Positions 33,888-42,911 of a stretch of DNA of 42,911 bases are shown here, in pieces (positions within the stretch are counted from its first letter, which is position 1; the number at the start of each line of letters is the position of its first letter). Source of the stretch: Octopus bimaculoides (taxonomy: Eukaryota); NCBI RefSeq assembly GCF_001194135.2, contig NC_068997.1, positions 50,129,195 to 50,172,105 on the forward strand, given 5' to 3'. A program made the position numbers and the translations under genes. Under the pieces are notes generated by a model. It searched no databases. It saw only the letters and a program-made list of their open reading frames with translations, and was not told the DNA's origin.

Positions 33888-34165
33888 CGAGGGTGAGTCA
33901 AAAAGTAATGCCATTTTGTTTAGGACAGGAACATGTATCATTCATCAAAATGAAGCTGGTCCCCTGTGGATCACATCCCTACTTCTCAACATAGTCACCA
34001 TTTCTCTCAATATCAATGTTCCACCCTCGAATGAGAGCATGTATCCCTGCCCCGTAAAATTCTTTGAGCCACTTCTTCACTACAGTTTTCACTTCCTCGT
34101 CACTGGACTATCATCTCTTCGGCCCCATGAAAGAGGGTTTGAGAGGCAAACATTATTCCAGCGAC
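33888..34165 (-). mobile_element. Mariner 3'-end fragment with an inverted internal block
   Basis: TA|CGAGGGTGAGTCAAAAAG TIR. Minus strand SSDEEVKTVVKKWLKE..IHALIRGWNIDIERNGDYVEK*; plus strand 34106-34165 DYHLFGPMKEGLRGKHYSSD. Confidence 0.85.
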
Positions 34166-34271
34166 ATTTGAGTTTGACCACGTGACCACTTCCAGAAGCT
34201 ACACTCGTCACCTGCAATTAGTCCTCCTCCCCTCCTGTGTTCCCTCCCCCATTTAGTCAGACGAGCAAATA

Positions 34272-34755
34272 CGGGGTGGCCCAGAATTAATGATGACTTG
34301 AGTGAAATCGAAGGCATTTTTTTTTTAAACTCACTCTTATTTATTTGTGTTTAATATGAATTAAAAGTGTATAAATTTTGAATTTTGTTTATAATTTTAT
34401 TTTCATTCCTGTTGTACCCCTATTATTTATCCAATGACAACTTTTTTTTCAATTTGGCAGCAATCATTTTCTTTATCTCAATCTCCAAGATGGAGTAATC
34501 ATTTAGCTGAGCTTAAAGAACACATTCAGTTAGCAGTGCAGGAGCTAACTCCTGAACTGCTTCAAAATGTGTTTCACAATGCTAAGGAGAGATTTGAAGT
34601 ATGCAGGGATACAAACATGTTGAAAATTTTCAATAAAAGTTTGACGTAAGATTTATAAATCTATTTGTTTTAGTAATAAACATAAAATTTTGTTAGTTTT
34701 TTTTTTTAAATTGCTCAATTTCATTGAAGCAGATAGTTAATTCTGGAACACCCTG
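34272..34755 (+). mobile_element. Non-autonomous Tc1/mariner-superfamily element
   Basis: TA flanks. TIRs CGGGGTGGCCCAGAATTAA / CAGGGTGTTCCAGAATTAA. Internal LAELKEHIQLAVQELTPELLQNVFHNAKERFEVCRDTN resembles a transposase C-terminus. Confidence 0.85.
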
Positions 34756-35151
34756 TATGATGTGTTGCTCGAGTAAATATTAAAATCAAAGGTCTTCTTG
34801 CCGTAAACATCCCATCTTTTTGTTAAGCATATTGTATCAAAGAGTATATTATCCAAAATGTACATCTCCTTTATAGGCATGACTGTATGGTCGAGAAGCT
34901 TGCTTTCCAACCATGTCACCTTGGGTTCAGTCCCGCTGTGCGACACGTTGGGCAATTTTCTTTCATTACAGTTGCGTGCCAACCAAAGCTTTGTGTATTA
35001 TATAATTGCTCTGACTGTATTGATACACATACAACTCACTTATTATTGTCATATAATAAACAAACAGAAGTTCATGTATGAAATTGATCTTTTTTTCTAC
35101 ATCAATTATTACGTTTTTTTCCTATAAATACACACATACAGGAGGAGTAAA

Positions 35152-35228
35152 TCTATGTATATCATTGAATATAGCTCCCGAGAAAGAGTAAAAGTAATTA
35201 CCCGATCAACGACGGGTATTACTGCTAG
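35152..35228 (+). mobile_element. 77-bp Helitron-like mini element
   Basis: 5' A|TC, 3' hairpin TACCCG-ATCAACGA-CGGGTA followed by CTAG|T. No TSD. Confidence 0.55.
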
Positions 35229-35639
35229 TATATATATGAATGTGTATATATATTCTTTGATGCTTTTACATGTTTCAGTCATTTGATTGCGGTCATGCTG
35301 GAGCACCGTCCTTAATTATACCAAGATATTTATATAGCAGTAATTTGAATTTTCAAAAGCATTCTAGTGTTTTTCCCCTTCCATCTTTTTTTTTTTTAAT
35401 TTGTTTATTAATTTAATTTTACTTTTTGTTTTCTTTTTACTTATACTTATTTACTTTACTGCAGTTTTACTTCATCATATATGTTATTTTTGCATTATAC
35501 TTTGTAGTTCTGGTGACTGTTTTAGTTGCTAATGAGGCCAGACTATCCTGTTTGTTGTAAAGAACTCCCTCAGCCCATGCTAGCTGTCAACACAATTTAG
35601 GAAATAAGATTCAAATGACAAGGTTTTTATTAACTCTTT

Positions 35640-35682
35640 GTTGATTGGTTCATTTTGATTAAGCTTTCATCTGATTGGCTGT
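35640..35682 (-). promoter_or_regulatory. Two CCAAT boxes 30 bp apart (possible NF-Y sites)
   Basis: Minus strand AGCCAATCAG (ATTGG at 35674) and AACCAATCAA (ATTGG at 35644) in unique sequence. Function unproven. Confidence 0.2.
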
Positions 35683-36196
35683 AATAATAACTAGCCACTT
35701 CATAATTCTACCAGTTTCCTTTCTAATGTCAAAAGAAAATATAAAACTGAATAAATAAGATTAAAAAATATCATTAAATATGAATAAATCTGTATGTATG
35801 TATGTTTATGTATGAGTGTGTATGTGTGTGAGCAAAAGAAAGGAATATGGAGAGAAGATGGAATTATAGAGAACAAATATATTTCTACTTAAAGCACTTC
35901 TTAAAAGTAACTGACATACATTCAATTATATACACACACATGTATGTGAGTTTGTTTATGCATACAAGTACAAACAAGCATGTATTACATTTAGACATTA
36001 TACATACACACACATATTCATTATATGTGTGTGTGTGTAATATTTGGGACTTATGAGTATATGTCAGTTAGTGTGCTAATGTGTTGAGTAAAGCAGTGGC
36101 ACAATTTTGGGCTACCTGGTGTCATCCGGAGTTGGGTATATTTCCTTTGAATCTACTTCAGGAATTCTGCAGTATTAGCTGAGATAATAATCGATT

Positions 36197-36611
36197 AAGT
36201 AAACATAAGATGGAATTGGTATAACTCATTACTTTAAATGACAATCGTTTCAGCCCATTCTACGACTGTCCTTTATGGGTGGGATGCTGTGCCTCATACT
36301 ATATTGCACCAATCTTGCAGTCTGGGTTACATCAGGTACATTCATACATAAAGTGGTGTCTCACTAAAAATCTTGATTTTGGGCAGTCATGTTTTTCTTT
36401 GACCCCTTCAGTTAAGGTAAATAATATGTCTGCCCAAAATCAAGATCTTTAGCAAGACACCACTTTATGTACCTGATGTGACCCAGACTACAAAATTGAT
36501 GCAACATTGTATGATGCACAGCATCTCACCCATAAAGGACAGTTGCAGGATGGACCAAAACAATCGTCTTACAAAATAATGAGTTATACCAATTCCATCT
36601 TGTGTTTACTT
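36197..36611. repeat. Long fold-back element, ~186-bp arms and ~35-bp loop
   Basis: 36197-36390 aligns to the reverse complement of 36426-36611 with 25 substitutions and one 8-bp indel (TCATACAT). Confidence 0.95.
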
Positions 36612-37784
36612 CGTTTTGGGATTTTGTTGTTGTTGTTAGTGTGGTTGGTGTTGGTGTTGATGTGCATGCTAGTGTTGATGGTATGTTGTCAACGACTACT
36701 GGAAAGGTTGCAAGACGCAACGAAAATTTTAGGGAAAATAAATAAGTAAACAATGGAAAATTTGCCAGTGAGTGTGTTAAATAATAAGGCACTAAAAGAG
36801 AATGACCCTCCCCAGACACAACAAAATCTTCTGTTTACTTAACCGATTATTGTGTGTGTGTGTAAATAGATTTATATATATCATCATCGTCATTATATAT
36901 ATAAATCTATTTACACACACACATGTATATATTAGGTCATCCCATGAACAATGCGATTTTTCAATTTCATGAACTAAAACTAGGAGGGGGACAGGATAAA
37001 CTACATGCATCAACTTGCTATAAAAGCAAGCAGTAATTTTAACTTGTCCTTATTCTTAGTGCAAGTTTTGAAGAGTGCAGTTCGATATTAACAGTTATTT
37101 TTTCAAAGGTAATAAAAGTATTCGACTCATAATCATACGGTTGTGATTTCAATTCCCAGTGGTGCATCATGTCCTTGAGCAAGACACTTTAATTCCCATT
37201 GCTCCAGTCCACTCAGCTGGCAAAAATGAGTTGTACCTGCGTTTCAAAGGGCCAACCTCATCACATTCTGTGTCATGCTGAATCTCCCTGAGAACTATGT
37301 TTAGGGTACACATATCCGAGGAGTGCTCAACCACTTTCACATTTTTTTTCATGAGCAGGCTGTTCTGTTGATCAGATCGACCGAAACACTCATCATCATG
37401 ACAGGGTCCCAGCTGTTGTTGGTAAAGTCCATTCTTTTGCAAAGACAAAGGCAGGTGTATTAATTTGATGTTTGAGAAGAATGGAAAAGTCTTTGAGATT
37501 TCAAACCTACGCTCTTCGACAGAAAGAGCTGAGAGGAAAAAAATTGGAGAGGGAACAAAAAAGAACGGAGAGAGAAAAAAATGTAGGGATTAATGTTTTA
37601 ACATGATGAAGTAACCCTAATTTTAATCAGCCATGAAAAAATCTTAATTTTCTTGGAGACAGATGCGGGTTGGCAACAAGAAAGACATCTGTCTGCAGAA
37701 AACCTGCCAAAATGAATTCTGTCTGGCCCACAGAAGCATAAAAAAGTGGACATTAAAATGATGGCAATGACATGATATGACAGC

Positions 37785-37955
37785 AGTAAAATTTTGACAA
37801 AGATCAACTAACTTGTAGCTTTGTTGATGTAAAGAAGGTATCTGAGAAGGGCCTGCATTCTAAAGATTTGGACTATGAAAACGTAAGGCATGGAAGAAAG
37901 GCTTGTGAGAAAAGTTGATGATATGTGCAAGACGACTATACGCAAATTAGGTGAG
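37785..37955 (+). mobile_element. Highly decayed LINE RT fragment
   Basis: SFVDVKKVSEK..IW..GMEERLVRKV resembles the FVDLEKAFDRV..IW..LG..EWLVR region of RTE-like RT. Confidence 0.45.
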
Positions 37956-38639
37956 GACAGCCAATGCATGAAATGAAGCACAAGTGGCTTCTCATTATGA
38001 TTATTCTGTGATCTGTTTCCTCCTATTTCCCAACCTGAGTGTGAGTGAAGTGCTGCTTAAAAGACATTTGAAACTTCTAAAGTAGATATGGATAAAATGT
38101 GTTTTTTGATGACTTCAGTTAAAATTAAGGTAGTGTTTTTGTGGTTTTAAAGTACAGAAACGTCCATGTTTGTAGAGAGATTATTTTTTTATATTCTATC
38201 TTGTTTCAATCATTGGACTACGGTCATACTGGTGCACCACTTTGAAAGGGTATTTTTAGTTAAAAAGATTGAACCACCACCAGTACTTTTCTTGTAAGTC
38301 TAGTATTTCTTTTATCAGTCACTTTTGCTGAACCACTAAGTTACAGGGACATAAACAACCAACATTTGTCAAGTAGTGGTAGTTGGAACAAATACACATG
38401 CACACAGACACACACACACATGAATATACACACACACACACTATAGAATTCCACAGTTTCCTTCTACCAAATTCACTGACAAGACATCAGTTGTCCCAAG
38501 GGCTGTCAGAGAAGACACTTGCCCAAGGTGCCACACAGTGGAACTGAACACCCAAAAACCATATGGTTGCAAAGTGAGTTTCTTAACTACACAGCCATGC
38601 CTGCACTTATAGATACACAGAAACTCAGTTCAAAGTTCT

Positions 38640-39030
38640 GAGAGCAACTAACAGTGAGAAAACAGGAAATAACGTAAGACTGGCACCACAATTCCATCAC
38701 TTACCAATTAGACCCTTGTCCTTGACAATTGCAGTGCAAACTAGTGACTTGGTCAGCAGTCAAAAACTGATGACAAGATGAGCTGCTACAGATCACACTG
38801 TACCAAAGAGTGTCTGCATGCAACCAGAAACCACATGTGAACATGTATTCTCACTGAAATTCTGAACATGAACTCTACACCGCGACAGCAAAGGACGACT
38901 ACAGCTACAGCATCCGAGCTATCCGACATGTTTGCTCTCCCAGAGGGGCCCTTGTCAAATTTGCAAGCTGGACTTTTGGGCCACAGGCAGAAACATTACT
39001 ATGTCTACTGACAGCCTTGACTACAGTCGA
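38640..39030 (+). mobile_element. Decayed 3' end of an RTE-like LINE ORF2
   Basis: Frameshifted RP..DNCSAN, and a terminal HVCS..C..AGLLGHRQKH zinc-knuckle-like remnant. Confidence 0.5.
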
Positions 39031-39042
39031 CCATCAGGTGTA

Positions 39043-39420
39043 CGAGGTGGTATCAAAAAGTTCCCGGACTAGTTCTGTAGAGAGCCAACAGATGGCAGCA
39101 CACTGTCCCATGCCCAGTTAGAGCTAGCAGTGACCTTCATGAGGCAGTGTGCTATGTGACATTGCTGCGTTTACTTTGCAAGTTGTGAAATTTGTGTTTC
39201 TGTGATCACATGTATGCTGTAGTCTGCAAATTTTGTCATGGGCAGGAACAAAGAGCCAACGTGAAATTTTGTATCAAACTTTGGAAGTCTGCTGCAGAGA
39301 CATTAAGCATGCTTCAGCAAGCTTACTGCGACGAGGGTAATATGCAATGTCACAAGCACTTCAAAAGCACAAAATGTCACTGGGAGACAATGAGCAATCT
39401 GGAAGACCTACCACAAGCAT
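39043..39420 (+). mobile_element. Mariner 5' fragment
   Basis: TA|CGAGGTGGTATCAAAAAGTTCCCGGACT TIR; QEQRANVKFCIKLWKSAAETLSMLQQAY HTH region. Confidence 0.85.
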
Positions 39421-39727
39421 CACACTCATTAACAACTAATTTATGCCAGAAGTGTAAAGGTTGTGTGACCTAGGGGCTTGGGTATTGGGCTCACAATTAT
39501 CGCACAATGGCTACAGTTCTCAAACTGAATAGTGTGTTCGTGTCCTTGAGCAAGGCACTTCATTTCATGTTACTTGAGTTTGTCTTAGCTGAAAAAGAGT
39601 ACCAGCAGAGTACCACTGGGAGTTAATCCTGCCACTGAATAACATCCTATTCATGGGGGGAGCCTCGTAATCCCAATGTCCTAAACACCACAGAATCTGA
39701 GATAAGCCTGAGGGTTCAAGATAGCCT

Positions 39728-40234
39728 TTAACCCCTGTGTGACAATATTTCTGCTTTTGTTTCATTTAATTTTGAAAATAATGAAAAATTTAAATAAAAT
39801 AGCTTTATCATTATTAAGCTGGTGTTGGGAACATTGATTAATACAAAATAGTGATGGAAGATTCAAAAAAGAGTAACCACTTGTTACTCAGTTTTGCCAA
39901 TGTTTCAATTAATACTGAAAAAAATGGAGAATTTAGTAAAATAACTTTGTCATTATTAGCCTGGTGTTAGGAACATAAATTAACTCAAAATATTGCTGGA
40001 AGGTTCTAATTTAGATCACTTTAACCCTTTTGTTACCATATTCTTGTTGAAATACACTGCCTGTGTTTCAATTAATACTGAAAATAATGAAGAAATTAGT
40101 AAAATAACTTTGTTATTATTAAGCTGATGTTTGAAACATAAATTCACATAAAATATGGAGGACAGCTTTAGTTTAGATCATTTTAAAACAGGAAGCTTTA
40201 ACCATAAAACCAGGAGTAGTATCAAGAGGATTAA
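39728..40234. repeat. Three tandem units of the AT-rich piggyBac-type MITE; the last unit 40021-40234 has both ends
   Basis: TTAA|CCC at 39728 and 40021, ..AAGAGGA|TTAA at 40234. TTTCA.TTAA anchors at ~39761, 39903, 40066. Confidence 0.8.
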
Positions 40235-41039
40235 CTTAGTGTAACACTTGTATACCCTCTAACCTCCATTCCGTAATCATATTACATAGAATCTATCCCT
40301 CAGCCTCAACCAGTTAGTGGAATGGCTTTCTAGCCACAAGGGCACAATGGCAAAAATTAGTATCATGACGTTGGTAGTACAGTGTAATTGAGATTTCCAT
40401 ATCTTGAGATGGTTGTCATAAGTAGACCTCATAAGTTGCTCCTATTTTCCCTCTCCTTCTATTTTTTCTCTTTTTAATAGCTAAATAGGATGGTATATTC
40501 TAATGAGCCACTTGACAGCTCACAAGCAAAACTTCAAAAACTATATTTTTATTCTTCAAAGCTTCCACTCTTTTGCCACTTGCAGGCAGTGGGGCGTGGC
40601 CATATTGGGAAACCACCCACTAAAGATGTGAGCACAAAGTGGGACCCAAACCCATGCCTCTCCTTTGGCTCCTCAGTGCAATGACCTCCATACAATGTGT
40701 CACCTCCAAATAATATGAAATTCAATCAAATTTCTAAAAATAATTTTTAAAAAGCCCTCGAACATGTAAATCACAATTTATAAACCCAGCAAAAGCCTTC
40801 ACATTCAATTTATAAAAGAGAGAGTGTCTTTATATCAATATGTGGGCACACACACATGCACACACATGTGTGTGTGTATGTGCCAACATGTATGGCTGCA
40901 AATGAGTACCTTTTGCATGTGGGATTATTACCACTGGTCAAATCATTCAATGATTCTAAGAGGCCCTCTGGCCCTTGCACATCTTTCTCTGACCCACCTG
41001 CAGCTTCAATTAAGAATATTCTTTCAAAATCTTTTAATT

Positions 41040-41930
41040 CAAAAGTGACCATATTTCTGCTGAAAGGAAAGGGGTAAACATTGCTTTGGTTTTTGTAAGG
41101 CTGATTGTAAGACCCAACGCCATACACAAAGTTGGAAAACAATCCATAAGGTGTTGTATGTGAGCTTCTGTGTGTGCTAAGAAGTCAACGTCATCTGTGT
41201 AAAGAAGTTCTCTGTTCAGAGCTTGGAAAGTCTTTGTTTTAGCATTAAACCATCTTGAGCTGAAAACCTTTCTGATGGTTCCAAACCACAACAGAATATC
41301 TCTGCACAATCATAGAAAATGTGTGTATGCAAGACAGCAAAGAAGACTGAGAAAAGACTGCTAATAAGAATATCACCTTGCTTTACTCCATCGTCAATTG
41401 GGGTTTCTCCAGACAGTTGATCATTGAAGGCAACTTGTGCTTTCATGTCACTGCACAACTGCTTTAACATGCTCACAAATTTAGGAGAACATACTACTTC
41501 ACCAAATATTACCCAGAGTGTTTTTCTGTTAAATATATCAAAAGCTTTTGTTAGGTCAGCAAAGAGTTGATATAGAGGGATATGCTACTCAGTGTATTTT
41601 TCTTGTATATGTCTTGCAGCGAAGATCATATCAACTTTCCGCATTCCTCCTCCTAAAACCACTATGTGATTCTGGCATAACTACAGGACAGATATCTTCC
41701 TCTAGTCTGTTGAGCAAAAAGTCTTGCAAATACCTTGCCAACAGCTTGCAATACAGTGATATCACGATAGTTATCACATATCGATTTTTCACCTTTGCTC
41801 TTGTGTAATGATAACAGAATACCATTGATCCAATCTTGTGGAATCAGGGTCCCGTTCCAACTATTAATAATGAAGTTGTTTATCACTTCGGTTCCATTAC
41901 ATTTCTGTTACACTGTCTACTTTGGCATAA
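41040..41930 (-). mobile_element. Decayed RTE-clade LINE reverse transcriptase (~0.9 kb)
   Basis: IPQDWINGIL..KSKGEKSICDNYRDIT..GKVFAR; PESHSGFR; ADLTKAFD; GVKQGDIL; ELLYTDD; GLTISLTKTK. Multiple frameshifts. Confidence 0.95.
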
Positions 41931-42488
41931 TTTACATACATGAACAATAAACACAATATATATACCCACTGTAATCTGAGATGACCCTTTGTACACTAGT
42001 CAAGTATTATGATAGGATTTGATAAAAATCAAAAATACATATATTTGCAATCTTCTGGCCATAGAAACAAAAGCCTTGAAATATGTGCAACAGACTAATA
42101 TTTTGTTACATCTGGCCTTTCACATACCTGAATTCAGTTTCTACCAAGGGCAACTTTGCCTTTCATCCTTAATAAAGTATGACTCGAGTAAGCAGAGATG
42201 GTCAATTTAAGCAACAATGTTCATTCTTCAAATGTGTGGTTCCATGCTTGTGTCAGAACTAATACCTCCTCACATTCTTTTATAGCTTGAGTTCAAATCC
42301 TGCCAGGATACAGTGACTTTAACTTTTGTTTGCCTACTCCCCCCACCCATCTGAAGGTGGGGATTGATAACATTAATAAGTGTGTCAGCCGATATCATAA
42401 ATAATCTACTTTTAGATTTCTCACTCTCTCTCTCTCACTGTATACATACACAGATACATATATACATGTGTAATTGTGTGAGTATGTG

Positions 42489-42524
<36 letters not shown>

Positions 42525-42627
42525 GGTGTGCATATATTTACATATATGAATGCATTTGAGTTTGTATAGCGTAAATTCAATGAACAATAAATAGCAACAG
42601 TGGAGATACAAGATTTAATATATATAT

Positions 42628-42660
<33 letters not shown>

Positions 42661-42868
42661 AAACAAATAATAAATGAGTATATGCATATATATGTACAGA
42701 TATGTGCATACCTACATCTATCTGTATATATAGGTGCATATCTGGGTACAGGACATTGCAAACAAAATGTAGACAAAAAAATGATAATAACCATAGTACA
42801 GAACACACACAGGCCACATAGAGAACATTTTCTTTCATCAGCTACCCCCATTCTAACACGGGTGTTTC

Positions 42869-42911
<43 letters not shown>

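Noticed and set aside
38705-38766. Minus-strand exon-like segment with a perfect G|GTAAGT donor
   Set aside because: It is antisense within a decayed RTE-like LINE 3' region; exonisation is possible but unsupported.
40481-40684. Plus-strand ORF after a very strong polypyrimidine/AG
   Set aside because: No recognisable product, several competing AG/GT choices, and no phase-linked partner.

Overview
AT-rich, repeat-dominated eukaryotic genomic DNA from a gapped scaffold with five N-gaps. The SINE/MITE families and microsatellite load look like an octopus (coleoid cephalopod) genome; this is recognition from memory, not a database result. No rRNA, true tRNA or CRISPR array is visible. Most listed ORFs are artefacts of microsatellites, N-runs or decayed transposons. 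The window is best read as mostly intronic sequence of an unidentified minus-strand, multi-exon gene. Its best-supported exons are 2444-2541/2594 and 1730-1827/1845; weaker exon candidates lie at 10725-10785, 10938-11047, 13103-13181 and 20870-20920. Recognisable mobile elements are: tRNA-derived SINEs of three types, RTE-type LINE fragments, several Tc1/mariner relics, a hAT transposase relic split by a SINE, hAT- and piggyBac-type MITEs, and Helitron/Helentron-type minis. The most interesting signals are (i) a 101-bp-arm inverted repeat enclosing a degenerate minimal hammerhead-ribozyme motif of the Penelope-like type, (ii) four long fold-back elements, of which the largest and one other show substitution asymmetry favouring G-U pairs on the minus strand, (iii) a tandemly duplicated exon-like module, and (iv) a ~40-bp-period array of ETS-type CAGGAAGT sites. 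All alignments and counts were done by hand; repeat boundaries are approximate to about 10-20 bp unless termini are quoted.
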